Source of the DNA: an uncultured Methanosarcinaceae archaeon
GTDB lineage: Archaea; Halobacteriota; Methanosarcinia; Methanosarcinales; Methanosarcinaceae
Assembly: GCA_963727895.1 (NCBI GenBank)
Contig: CAVSHT010000003.1
Location: forward strand, 192,001 to 256,000
DNA: 64,000 nucleotides
Direction: 5' to 3'
Of the stretch, positions 22,888 through 33,339 are shown one piece after another (within the stretch, counting starts at the first letter, position 1; every line of letters begins with the position of its first letter). The translations under genes and the position numbers were made by a program. Under the pieces are notes generated by a model that worked only from the letters and a program-made list of their open reading frames with translations, was not told where the DNA came from and searched no databases.

Positions 22888-23519
22888 ATGAATACTATCT
22901 GTCATAAATCATTTTCAAAAAGAGATGAATCTTTTGATTTTTTTCGTGGAATTGCAATAATAGCAGTTGTAGCAATCCATGTGAGAAGTGTTTTTAACTC
23001 TTATAACTCAAATGCCTTGCTTCTATATAGATAATCTTTAAATTTTACAGTCCTAGTATTCCTTTTTATATCAGGATATTTTCTTTCAAACAAGAAAATA
23101 GATTCATTCGAAGAATATAAGAGATTTTTAACGCACCGATTAAGCAGAGTTCTAATCCCATATTTTTTTTGGTCTATTTTGATTTTGTCAAGTGGCATAC
23201 TTATATCTCATGACTTTAATATAAAACGAATAATATTCAAGCTCCTGACGGGGGGGGCACTTGTGCCTTATTATTTCATTATTTTGATTGTTCAGTTTTA
23301 TTTATTGACCCCAATATTTCATCACATTAATAAAATATCGCATGGTTTTATTTTGATAATAGCCATAAATATTTTGAGTCTTCTATTTTCATATATTACA
23401 AGGTTATATTATGGGTCAGTCTTTTCATCATTAGTTGTATATGCAATGCCATTTTATATGTGGATTGTTTTTTATGAGTTTGGAGTATTGTATAGAAACT
23501 TTGATAGATATAGAATTTC
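22888..23519 (+). pseudogene. Acyltransferase family 3 (OafA/YrhL-like) fragment; internal TAA at 23032, 3' end lost at the IS
   Basis: Manual translation RDESFDFFRGIAIIAVVAIH...FLFISGYF...RVLIPYFFWS...YYFIILIVQFYLLTP. Confidence 0.8.
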
Positions 23520-24261
23520 GGTATTGTTACTTAACTATATCTAGTTCTTTATTTCTGTATTTCATCAATATAATAACCGAGTACTTTAGCATTTCAAGAC
23601 TCTTCGTATAACACTTTGTCTTTCTTCTCAACCTTGCCAAAAAGTGCCTCAATATGCTGTTATATCCTTCAACAGTATACGTTTCTGCTTTTGATTGAGT
23701 ATGAATCGTTTCAGGACGAAACTCTGCATATGCCCTCCAGTGATCTGTCATCACTTCTTCAATGTCTTTTTTCTTCACTTTTTCCCAGAGTAGTTTTCCA
23801 ATTTCCGTTCCTCTGCTACCAAAAGAGCAGTTGATGAACTTTTTCCCAACTCTATCAACAGCAATCCAGATCCAGCAATATTTTTTTTTGTTACCGATGT
23901 AAGTGTGCATTTCATCCATTTCAACAATAGATATCTCATTTTCACTTTTTAGGTCCTCTAACTCCTGACCAAATTTCTTTATCCATCTTTGGACAGAAAA
24001 CATGACTCACCCCTAAAAACCGTCCTATTGAGCGAAAGCCCAATCCTTCAAGGTAAAGTTGTAAAGCCTGTTTTTTAACAGAGGCGGAAAAAGCAGTTGA
24101 TTTTAGCTCTACTGTATAGTTATATCCACAATCATGGCATTTGTACCGTTGACGCCCACCAACTATACCGTTCTTTTTGTGACTGGAACTATTGCATCTG
24201 GGGCAGTTCATGAAGAAATATGTGTTATAAGCATATATATCTATTTTTGTTTACCAATGCC
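23520..24261 (-). mobile_element. IS1-family copy C, no target-site duplication
   Basis: Ends GGTATTGTTAC / GGCATTGGTAAAC; InsA and InsB ORFs; flanks differ (tagaatttc vs ttttattt). Confidence 0.93.
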
Positions 24262-24567
24262 TTTTATTTTTCTTAGTTCGGTTTCAGCGTCCTCTTTATT
24301 ATATTTTGCTTCAGGGTAGCGAGGTTGAATCTCAAGAGCTTTATCAAAGGAAGCAATAGCTTCTTCGTACTGCTTAAGACCTACATATTCAAGTCCTATG
24401 AGGTTCCAAGCTCCTGCAAAATCAGGCTTCAGTTTCAGAACCTTTCCATAATATTCTATCTTTTTTTCAGGATCGATTTCGCTTGCTGCAAGCCCATACC
24501 ATTCTTCTGTGGTTTTGCCTTCAAGTTTCTTTTTGAATAAGCTGTCCAGAAATCCCAATAGCAACAC
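24262..24567 (-). pseudogene. Small TPR-repeat protein, C-terminus truncated by IS1
   Basis: YYGKVLKLKPDFAGAWNLIG...YEEAIASFDKALEIQP; the reading frame runs into the IS end. Confidence 0.75.
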
Positions 24568-24804
24568 TTCCCATTTAGAAGATTAGTTTAGCAGGTAGAA
24601 ATAGATAGTGATTGTTTACCTAAATAGCAAAGCAAGTGAATATTAACATCTATAATGTAATTTCTGTTATAATCTCAAAAAGAGTTCATTTCTTAATGTA
24701 TTCTGAATAAATAGTTGCATTCTGAATAAATAATCAAACATGCCGTTGGAAACGCAGATTAAAATAATTTAAAAATTTTAGAAAAAAAGAAAAAATTTAA
24801 AAAC

Positions 24805-25716
24805 TTACTGTGAAAGTAGCTGTGTTTCATTAAGTAAGCTTTTAAAGTCTGAGTTTATCATCAGTTTAGTAATGTTTCCTGATGTTGTTACGTTATAGGT
24901 AACCCCACGTTGGGTAGAGTTTGTCTGCAGAGCCTGAATCTTTTGAGTGAAGTTAGCTTCGGGATTGAGATACACGGAAGTCTGTGTATAACTACCATCA
25001 TTCAATTTTTTAAGCTCCGTATATATCTGATCTGCCGGAAGACTACTCGTGGAATTTGTCTTTGTCATCACTTCTTGGTAGAGACTGCCTTCAGGATTCG
25101 TTTGACTCAGGAGAGTCTTATATTCTGGATAAGCACTTGCATTTCCTAGCAGCACATCAATCACATCTTTCACGCTTTGTCGAGAGCCGAGGAGTACAGG
25201 ATCTCCAACTACGTTCCAGACATCATATGTGTTATTTGTTCTTGCAAGAACACTGTAGTTATCATAGGAAACTAGTCCCCAAGGCATGAACATTTTATGA
25301 TCCGGAATCTCATGAAGCTCGAACCCATTGCTGCCATTAGCATAAGATGCTCCGTAACGTGTTGTTACAGCTGATCCGTACAGAGAGTACATCATTGTTG
25401 TATTCCCAAGGACTTGTTCAAATGGCGTTCCTGTCGTTTTTTGTAGATCCACGTATGTAGCACTTACCACTCCTTTCGGGGACATGTTCAATCCATCGGA
25501 AATTGAATTGAAGGCATGGTTGATCTGCTTGCCAGGAATTTGAGTAAAATATAGAGTATTATTTTGCTCTCCAGCTACAGAAGAAGAGTTATTTTCACTA
25601 TCCTTATTTTTTGAGCTAGCTGAAAAGAAGATCGCACCGGCTGACAGAAGCATTGTTAATACTAGAAAAATAGCCAGATACTTCTGGTTTTTCTTTGCTG
25701 GGTCCTTTTGTTTCAT
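24805..25716 (-). CDS. Hypothetical membrane-anchored or secreted protein
   Basis: Long ORF with a basic N-terminus, one hydrophobic segment and an S/T/N-rich body; RBS GAGGT. Confidence 0.75.
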   Translation of the reverse strand: MKQKDPAKKNQKYLAIFLVLTMLLSAGAIFFSASSKNKDSENNSSSVAGEQNNTLYFTQIPGKQINHAFNSISDGLNMSPKGVVSATYVDLQKTTGTPFEQVLGNTTMMYSLYGSAVTTRYGASYANGSNGFELHEIPDHKMFMPWGLVSYDNYSVLARTNNTYDVWNVVGDPVLLGSRQSVKDVIDVLLGNASAYPEYKTLLSQTNPEGSLYQEVMTKTNSTSSLPADQIYTELKKLNDGSYTQTSVYLNPEANFTQKIQALQTNSTQRGVTYNVTTSGNITKLMINSDFKSLLNETQLLSQ

Positions 25717-25924
25717 CAATGAAACCTCATAATATAAAGTTAATTTTTCTGATCGTAGAGATCATGTACTTGATGTCTAAATATATTGGCTAAACGTATG
25801 GTTTGAGATCCGCTTACATAAAAAGATTTTTTAATATTCTTTCTACTAAAATTGGATTCAAGATCTCAAACTTGTAATCATATTTGAAATTAAAATAGTT
25901 TGCCATAACAAATCTACCGTTTTT

Positions 25925-27358
25925 TCATTCAAGCATGAATATTTTAAGCATGTTTGTGCCTCCAGGTTTTCCTGATGAGGGACCCTGAGTGAACACAACA
26001 ATATCTCCACTTTTTACAAATCCAAGTTCTTTGGCTTTTTCTGTAGTCTCTTTTTTCCAGCTTTCAATTGTTTCTGTTACAACAATAGGATAAACACCAT
26101 AGGATAAAGAGAGGAAACTGCAGGTTTTTTGGACGCGGCTGAATGCAAGAATCCAAGTGTCAGACTTGAAGCGTGAAATCCTGCGCGGTGTTGCTCCACT
26201 TCTTGTGGGGGTCATTACAGCTGCAACAGGTAATTTTTGCAGGGCTTCATGCACCTGAAGGGCAATAACCTCATCCACTGACATTTCCCTTACTGTTATA
26301 CCCTTGACCATTGTATCAAGACCCCATTTTGTCCGGGAACGCCAGTCTTCTGTAGTTTTTGCAATTTTTGCCATCATTTCAACGGTTTCTACAGGATAAT
26401 TGCCAACTGCTGTTTCTTCCGAAAGCATGACAGCATCCGTACCGTCAAGAATCGCATTGGCAACATCAGTTGCCTCTGCGCGAGTAGGCCTTATGTTATC
26501 AGTCATTGAAGCCAGCATTTGAGTGGCTGTAATTACTGGAATTCCAAGAAGTTTTGCACTCTGGATAAGTTCTTTTTGGACTGAGGGGATTTCCTGGATC
26601 GGGATTTCTACACCAAGGTCTCCTCTTGCAACCATAAGTGCATCGGTTTCTTTTAATATTTCCTGAATATTCTCTACAGACTCTCTGCGTTCTATTTTAG
26701 CAACAATGTATACAGATTTTCCTCTGTCTGCAGCAAAATTCCGAACCTTGCGAATATCTTTTGCACTTTCTATAAAAGAAATGCTGAATGTATCAATTTC
26801 CTCACTCAGAGCAAACTCTAATATCTTAAAGTCTTTTTCCGTTACAGGATCAAGGAAAATTTTTGCTCCTGGGAGATTTAATCCTTTATGAGAATAAAGT
26901 TGCCCTCCAATGAGAATTTCACAAAGTACATCTTTTCCAGAAATTTCTAGGCAGCGAAGCTGGATAAATCCGTCACTTAAGTAAATAAGGCTTCCTGGAG
27001 ATACGCTTTCTGGAAGCTGTTTGTAACTTACAGGAATGCGTTTTTCATCTCCTGCAAATTCATCAACAGTAAGGACAACAGTATTTCCTTTTTGAAGCCT
27101 AATTGGTTCTTTTTCCAGTTTGCCTATACGGATCTTCGGGCCTGGGAGGTCGGCAAGAATTGCAACCGTCCTTTCAAGATCTGCTGCAACCTTGCGAACT
27201 CTCCGGATTACTTCTCTATGGCTTTCGAAATTTCCGTGGGAAAAATTGATCCTTGCAACATTCATGCCAGCAAGCACAAGTTCCCTGATAACTTCTTCGG
27301 AAGAGGAAGCTGGGCCTATGGTGCAGACGATCTTTGTTTTATGGTCCGGAATTTGCAT
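25925..27358 (-). CDS. pyk: Pyruvate kinase
   Basis: TKIVCTIGPAS, ARINFSHG, MVARGDLGVE, TRAEATDVANA. Confidence 0.96.
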   Translation of the reverse strand: MQIPDHKTKIVCTIGPASSSEEVIRELVLAGMNVARINFSHGNFESHREVIRRVRKVAADLERTVAILADLPGPKIRIGKLEKEPIRLQKGNTVVLTVDEFAGDEKRIPVSYKQLPESVSPGSLIYLSDGFIQLRCLEISGKDVLCEILIGGQLYSHKGLNLPGAKIFLDPVTEKDFKILEFALSEEIDTFSISFIESAKDIRKVRNFAADRGKSVYIVAKIERRESVENIQEILKETDALMVARGDLGVEIPIQEIPSVQKELIQSAKLLGIPVITATQMLASMTDNIRPTRAEATDVANAILDGTDAVMLSEETAVGNYPVETVEMMAKIAKTTEDWRSRTKWGLDTMVKGITVREMSVDEVIALQVHEALQKLPVAAVMTPTRSGATPRRISRFKSDTWILAFSRVQKTCSFLSLSYGVYPIVVTETIESWKKETTEKAKELGFVKSGDIVVFTQGPSSGKPGGTNMLKIFMLE

Positions 27359-27434
27359 GTTTACACGGCCTTTGTGTTCAACCTCTAGTTAGGGTTGATT
27401 TATAATTTATTTTATTTTATTTTATTTTTATAAC

Positions 27435-27566
27435 GAGCCTATCCCAAAACTTAGAGTTATGTCACCGTATCTGGAATTTGAAATAATCAATAAACCTTGT
27501 GATGCGGAAAATGGTTTTGAAATTATTGTTGATGTCTGAATAAAAACTACTTCTTGGGATGAGCTC
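27435..27566. mobile_element. MITE-like element, 132 bp
   Basis: Terminal inverted repeats GAGCCTATCCCAA / TTGGGATGAGCTC flanked by AAC on both sides; no ORF. Confidence 0.6.
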
Positions 27567-27592
27567 AACTATAATACGATCTGCAATGTTTT

Positions 27593-28521
27593 TTATTTAC
27601 CATTGTATATCTTAAGGGCATCTTCGACACTTGCAGTCTTCAACAGTTATTGCATAGACAGCATTGCACATGCGGACAGCCTCATCCAGAGGTTTCTGGT
27701 GAATATTTCTTCCTGTTGCATTTCCCTGTGCTCCGGAAATATGGATCTGGTCATAGAGTTTTTTCAGGAAAGCTTCGGCTTCGTCGCTCGTACCGCCTGC
27801 GCAAACTACTCTTGGTACGCCCTGCGGCTTTGATGGCTTCCTTGAATATCTCGGCAGACTTTGCTCCTTCTTTTTTCGGGTAATTGACCTTTACAAAGTC
27901 CGTGCCAAGGCAGGCTCCGACTCCTGTTGCTCCTGCAATAAGGTGCGGATCTTTTTCGTCTTTTACTGCAGTTCACCGCGCGGGTAAATCCAGAGCACGG
28001 ACAACATGCCATGTTGGTGAGCATCGTAAATTACTTGAGCAGCCTGAACAAGCATTTCGGCTTCAAATTCGCTGCCAAGGTATATTGTATATCCTACTCC
28101 AAGAATTTTAAGCCCACTGTTTTCCTTAAATTCAACGACCTGATCAACGTCATACCAGAGGTTGCTGAAATGGATCAGCCTGCGCGGTCTCAACAAGATT
28201 GGTTTTGGAGTTTACCTTTACAAGATATGGCACGTCTCTGTAGTCCATGCCGTAGCGGGAAATAAGCCCAAGCTGGGTTGCAAAAACTCCGATTTTTGCC
28301 TGGGATGCTATCCTGAAAAGGTGTTCGGGGTCAGCATCGTCCTCAGGCACTCCTTCTCCGTAAAAATCATCATTAAGATGCTCTACTTTCTGGTCGCCTG
28401 CAAAAAGCATTAGCCTGCCGGTTCCCCTGGTCATTTCCATATAATTATTCACATACGTTTCACGCATTGCTTTCGGGACATCTAGAGGTACAATTACGTC
28501 CTCTTTATTAATTGAAACCAT
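27593..28521 (-). CDS. Class I (DhnA-type) fructose-bisphosphate aldolase; five extra bases in this sequence
   Basis: LFAGDQKVEH, YLVKVNSKT, GYTIYLGS, WIYPRG, DFVKVNYP, GRNIHQ; 929 nt minus 5 = 308 codons; adjacent to pyk. Confidence 0.85.
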
Positions 28522-28938
28522 TGTATAAACCTCAGTTTTATTCGATGGCAATTAGTTGGATGGTAGTAATACTGTGAAACTGTATTTTTTATTATCTATA
28601 ATTCTTCTTACTACCTTATCCGTTTTTGGACATTTATAATTTCTTTCACTAAATATTGGTAGATTTATTCAGGAATCGAATTTGTTATTTGTTAATATTC
28701 TCCTGAAATCTTCTGACTCCCTACATGTGATTTATAAAAACTATTCGACTAAAAACTGGTATGTTCCGAAAATTTAAAAATTTAATCAATAGGCAGGTTC
28801 AGACAAAATAGACTATTAAAACAAGTTCAAGGTAATAATAAGATTGTAAAATTTCTTTCTCAACGGAAATGAAATTCAAAAATAGCCAAGAATGTCTATG
28901 TAATCAAGTGAGAATATATAATAAAAGTAAGGAATTTA

Positions 28939-29011
28939 CGCCGCTTGCAGGGCTCGAACCTACGACATTCTGGTTAACAGCCAGACACTCTACCAACTGA
29001 GTTAAAGCGGC
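28939..29011 (-). tRNA. tRNA-Asn (GTT)
   Basis: Cloverleaf GCCGCTT...CTGTTAA...GTTCGAG...AAGCGGCG. Confidence 0.96.
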
Positions 29012-29083
29012 TTTCTGATACGGAGAGCTATCATTTTTCACCCTCACATCTTCTTATAAAAAAATCTTTATTTATATAGTTTA

Positions 29084-29158
29084 TGGGCCTGACCGGATTT
29101 GAACCGGTGACCGCTCGGTTATGAGCCGAGCGCTCTAACCTGACTGAGCTACAGGCCC
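29084..29158 (-). tRNA. tRNA with CAT anticodon, most likely Ile2 (agmatidine-modified)
   Basis: GGGCCTG acceptor stem and CTCATAA loop; lacks the initiator features (A1-U72, three consecutive G-C anticodon-stem pairs). Confidence 0.88.
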
Positions 29159-29273
29159 TTATTGGTTTTTATGCTATATTGTAGTTTAATAACTTGTATT
29201 ATAGCTTTATCAATTTTTGCATATGCTTTCCTATTCTACAATAATAGAATAAGATATGATTAAAATAAATTTA

Positions 29274-29346
29274 CGCCGCTTGCAGGGCTCGAACCTACGA
29301 CATTCTGGTTAACAGCCAGACACTCTACCAACTGAGTTAAAGCGGC
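29274..29346 (-). tRNA. tRNA-Asn (GTT), identical second copy
   Basis: Identical to 28939-29011. Confidence 0.96.
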
Positions 29347-29677
29347 TCATGTTCTTGGATGTGCTTTTTTTGTCCACCCTATCGCGAACACTCCTAAAGC
29401 GATAATTATATTTATATGTGTCGCTCAACTCGATGACTTTAAACTGAAGCAAACGATCAAATATCTGTTTAGTGTTTGAAGCTGTTAGTATTTCTACAAA
29501 CAATCTTAATTATTATTTCTGGTCTCTTTACATTAATTAAAATACTTCTTCCCTCTATAAGGAATCCTCTTACCTCATTATCTTATAAAACTTTATCTAT
29601 TTTTACCCAAAATTTATATCCTTTTAGAAATAATATACTTTATTAGCTTATTGTAGCATTATGCAGAGAGGTCGGAC

Positions 29678-29746
29678 ATGTCTGATTTTAAGCAGTATGC
29701 TCGTTCAGCTATATGCTTTTATCTGAGGCTATGTCCAGGGAATTAA
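29678..29746 (+). CDS. Candidate 22-aa microprotein MSDFKQYARSAICFYLRLCPGN
   Basis: RBS GAGAGGT 6 nt before ATG; TATA-like tttatatc near 29613. Confidence 0.35.
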   Translation: MSDFKQYARSAICFYLRLCPGN

Positions 29747-29934
29747 TTTGTTCAGATAAGGGTCAAAAACGGCCTTTAAAGAATATAACTTCAAGGTTTA
29801 AAGTCAGTTGTTTATTCATGCAGATGAGTATCCTTAAGGTTCTTTGTGTATCATTAGGATATTTTTTTGGTTTCCAGAACTTTTGACGCTTGAATCTTGT
29901 AGTTTTAAAAATAGAAATTCAAGGGGGTTTATTT

Positions 29935-30075
29935 ACGAACCGGCTAAAAATATGTCCAAAATGCCATGCCAAACTTAAAGAAAGCTTTGATGGAGAGACT
30001 CAGTACTGTAGTGTTTGCAAGTACTGGACAAAAGTGGGTACTGCAAGGCTTGATTCTATCATGATCTATGAATGA
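29935..30075 (+). CDS. Small zinc-ribbon protein (46 aa, CPKC...CSVC); apparent start codon is ACG
   Basis: AGGGGG RBS, then ACG AAC CGG CTA AAA ATA TGT CCA AAA TGC; two CxxC pairs. Confidence 0.6.
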   Translation, partial: TNRLKICPKCHAKLKESFDGETQYCSVCKYWTKVGTARLDSIMIYE

Positions 30076-30084
30076 GGGCCCTAC

Positions 30085-30306
30085 ATGAGGAATCCAAGTG
30101 TTTCAATATTTTGCAGTTTATGTCATACGAAATTAAAACGCCAGGTACTAGGTCCTAATGTTTTCTATTACTGCCGGAACTGTGGATGTGTAATTTCGGA
30201 GACCTATTTAAGGGAAACAAATATTTTTAATTCCCAAAAATTGACATCTATAAAGGGAGAATCTCCATATTTATGCTTTGAGAAGGCTCTCGAGTCCTAT
30301 AATTGA
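30085..30306 (+). CDS. Small zinc-ribbon protein (CSLC...CRNCG)
   Basis: Two CxxC pairs; GAGGG RBS; starts 9 nt after the previous stop. Confidence 0.7.
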   Translation: MRNPSVSIFCSLCHTKLKRQVLGPNVFYYCRNCGCVISETYLRETNIFNSQKLTSIKGESPYLCFEKALESYN

Positions 30307-30681
30307 TATTTAACATGGAAAAAAGGAGTCAAACAGTAGAAAATTTAGGAAAATTTAATTTTTAATTTATTTTTTTAAAGAGCAACAATAATTCAGTCTT
30401 TTATTTTTTTGAATTTTGTTTATTTGTTCTATTTTACTATCTAATTTTATTATTCTAGTTTCCTTATTATATTTATTCTTTTTATGTCGGAAAACAATGT
30501 CCAGTTTTGTGGATTCAAAATCCAATTTAATCCATATAATTTCTTCAGACTAAACAAGAGTTCTGCTAAACATTAATTAAAAGAGTACTTATTTGAAAAA
30601 AGAAAGGTAAAATTAGTTTGTTTCATTAAACAATATAATGCTTTATAAGATTCCTGTAAAATCAGTCCGAAAGTGGCTTTT

Positions 30682-31731
30682 TCAATGCCCTGCCTTGATC
30701 TCTTTACACACGTTTTCTACTTCTGCTCTGAAACCATCCTGAGTAATTCCATAAAGACCTGCAAGATACATGGCACCACCAGCACCTGCACCTTCTTTGA
30801 TCGTTCCGGTTTCATATCTGTGAAGCCCTTTAAGCTCTGACTTTCCAAATCCAGGGTCTGCTACATAGACAGTGGATATCCCAAGGGTTTTGACAAGTTC
30901 GGTAAAGTTTGCAGACTTATCTTCCACAACATACCTGGTGGTGGCAATTGATATATTTTCCGTACTTAAACCCAGGTGTTTAATTACAGCATATACTGCT
31001 GCCATCTGAGTCCCTCCAGCAAGCACTACACTGACATCGGTGCCCTGGAAACCTGCAACAAGACCTACAACAGCAGGCATCATTGGATCCCCCATGCAGG
31101 CAATAGCTTTCATAGGATCATCTTTCAGACAACCAATGGTCAGGCCTGATGCTTTCAAGCCTTCTTCAATAACCTGTTTTTTCAGTTCAAGAGGATTTTC
31201 TTCGGCACTACTGCTAACGTTTCCATTATATCCCAGCGTCATTAAAACTCCCATTGCAGTTGTTGTACCGCCAGGAGTACTTTCTCCGATAACTACCTGG
31301 TCTATGTGATTTCCAAGTCTTTTAGCCAGGAATTTTGCTCTTTCGTAAATTCCCTGTACGTCACTGACTGCAACCGGTTCCCTGATGTCCTCTCCGGGTT
31401 TTGCTTTAAGGTCGATGCAAGGGACTTCAGGAGTTACAATGAGGCCGGAGTTGATGAATTGATATGGAGCACCTGTAAGTTTCAGTGCTGCACGGGTCAT
31501 GATTGCAGGAGTAGGAGTATCATAAGGAGGAGTCATGGGAAGAATTGGTACACTAATAATATTTCCTGTTTCCATAAGTTCCGCGTCACCGGCAGGTGTA
31601 TAGTCTGTAAGCTCCGGCGTTTTTCCTGCGGCTGAAAGATTCGGAATATGTGCGGTTTTAGTATTGGAAAGTACACACAAAAACATTGGTTTTTTGGGTT
31701 TTGTTATTACTTTCGGTTCGATCCAGGCCAT
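30682..31731 (-). CDS. cobT: Archaeal nicotinate-nucleotide:dimethylbenzimidazole phosphoribosyltransferase
   Basis: SAAG...[34 protein letters not shown]. Confidence 0.88.
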   Translation of the reverse strand: MAWIEPKVITKPKKPMFLCVLSNTKTAHIPNLSAAGKTPELTDYTPAGDAELMETGNIISVPILPMTPPYDTPTPAIMTRAALKLTGAPYQFINSGLIVTPEVPCIDLKAKPGEDIREPVAVSDVQGIYERAKFLAKRLGNHIDQVVIGESTPGGTTTAMGVLMTLGYNGNVSSSAEENPLELKKQVIEEGLKASGLTIGCLKDDPMKAIACMGDPMMPAVVGLVAGFQGTDVSVVLAGGTQMAAVYAVIKHLGLSTENISIATTRYVVEDKSANFTELVKTLGISTVYVADPGFGKSELKGLHRYETGTIKEGAGAGGAMYLAGLYGITQDGFRAEVENVCKEIKAGH

Positions 31732-31883
31732 ATAATATCTCCTTTATGAATAGAATCAACTTATCTGCAAGCATTTGGTCGCAATCTTTATGACAAAAAT
31801 CAGGTCACACTTATTGCGTCGTTTGATCACGCCAAATAGGGTTTGGGATTAGGCTATCAAATCCAAACGTTGCCAGGGTTTTC

Positions 31884-31937
31884 GATCAAACCTTTTCTCA
31901 AAAGGTTGCTGTCAAGTCTTCTTTAAAAGGTGTTGAT
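31884..31937. repeat. Degenerate Methanosarcina-type intergenic palindrome (ATCAAACCTTTT..AAAAGGTT)
   Basis: gatcaaaccttttctcaaaaggttg...tcaagtcttctttaaaaggtgttgat. Confidence 0.5.
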
Positions 31938-32161
31938 TCTTTTTCAAATCTAATGTGAGTTCTTCAACTTACTATTTAATATTTATCAATCGACAAATAT
32001 AATTTAATATTACCCAAGTTAAGTTTACTTTATTTTCTCTTTTTTTCGGTCTTCATCATTAAATTTCAATTGGGATTCTATTAAAAATCAGTTGAGTATC
32101 TATTTAGATATAAATTAATAGTCTCTGATAGTTTTTTGTTTTCAGGTTCAAATTCATACTA

Positions 32162-33237
32162 TAGTCACCTCTGTATTTACTGCAACATTATTATACTTGA
32201 AATTAGTATATAATATTATATATGAGTTTGGAAATGTTTACAACTTTTGATATTTCTACAGCTATCATAAATTCCTGTAACAAAAACGAGCAGATTAAAC
32301 TTCAAGCCTTATTATTGGTCAAAAATGGTTTGAGTCCCGCTAAAGTTGCCGACGATTTTTCAGTTCACCGTTCAACTGTTCATCGCTGGATAAAACGAGC
32401 TGAAACCGACGGTTTGTTTAGCCTTAAATGTAAACCTGGTCGAGGAATCAAGTCTTTTTTAACTGCAGAACAATTATCTGAGTTAAGAGAGGCATTTTTA
32501 GAACCTATACCAACAGATGATGGTTATTCTCGTGGTTGGCAAACAAAAGATGCAGTTCAATTTGTCAAGGAAAAATTTGGAGTATCTTATTCCAAATCAA
32601 GAATGAGACAAATTTTAAAAAATTTAGGGTTGAGAAAAATCACATGTCGACCTCAATCTAAAAGAAGAAATGAAGTGCTTAAAAAATAATTTATAAAAGA
32701 AGTCCAAAAAACAGATCACTAAACCCTAATCATTTATTCGTTACCCATGATGAAAGTAATTTTTGTGTGGATTCAAATAGATCAAGATGTTGGGCAATAA
32801 AGGGCTCAAAACCTATTAAATTTACAAGTGGTTCAAAAGCAAAAATCAATATTGGAGGATTGTACACTGAAAATGGAGAGTTTTATTGGTATGATTTAGG
32901 AATTACACAGAATACAGACTCTTACTTAAAATCATTAATCAAGTTTCAAAGAGATATAGGGGCAATGATATTTCTTTTACTGGACAGAGCTACATGGCAT
33001 AGATCAGCAAAGGCAAAGGAATTTTATCAAAATAATAAGCATTGGTTGAAAATAATATTTTTCCCTCCAGCTACTCCAGATAGGAACCCAACAGAATACT
33101 GTTAGAAAGTGACAAGAGAAAACTTAACGTCAATAAAATCATTTAAAAATATTGAAGCATTAAAGGAAGAAATGAATGAATTTTGGGAGAAACATACATT
33201 TAAACATAAAATGTCGCATTATTTAAAGTGGTGACTA
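32162..33237 (+). mobile_element. IS630-family element with degenerate transposase (frameshift and TAG at 33103)
   Basis: TA|TAGTCACC ... GGTGACTA|TA ends; HTH ORF 32222..32689; DDE part LLDRATWH...PDRNPTEYC. Confidence 0.9.
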
Positions 33238-33279
33238 TATAATATGTGTAATCATGTATCTAATTAATAAAAAAAAGAT

Positions 33280-33312
33280 GAAAGCCGGATTATTACACAT
33301 AATCGGGCTTTC
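33280..33312 (-). terminator. Hairpin plus T-tract after proS
   Basis: gaaagccggatta...taatcgggctttc followed by a T-run on the minus strand. Confidence 0.55.
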
Positions 33313-33339
33313 CAGTTTCTGCCAGAGCAGTTTGTTGAT

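Noticed and set aside
33103..33105. Pyrrolysine read-through of the TAG in the IS630 transposase
   Set aside because: Looks like a TGG-to-TAG mutation in an otherwise degenerate element; nothing supports programmed decoding
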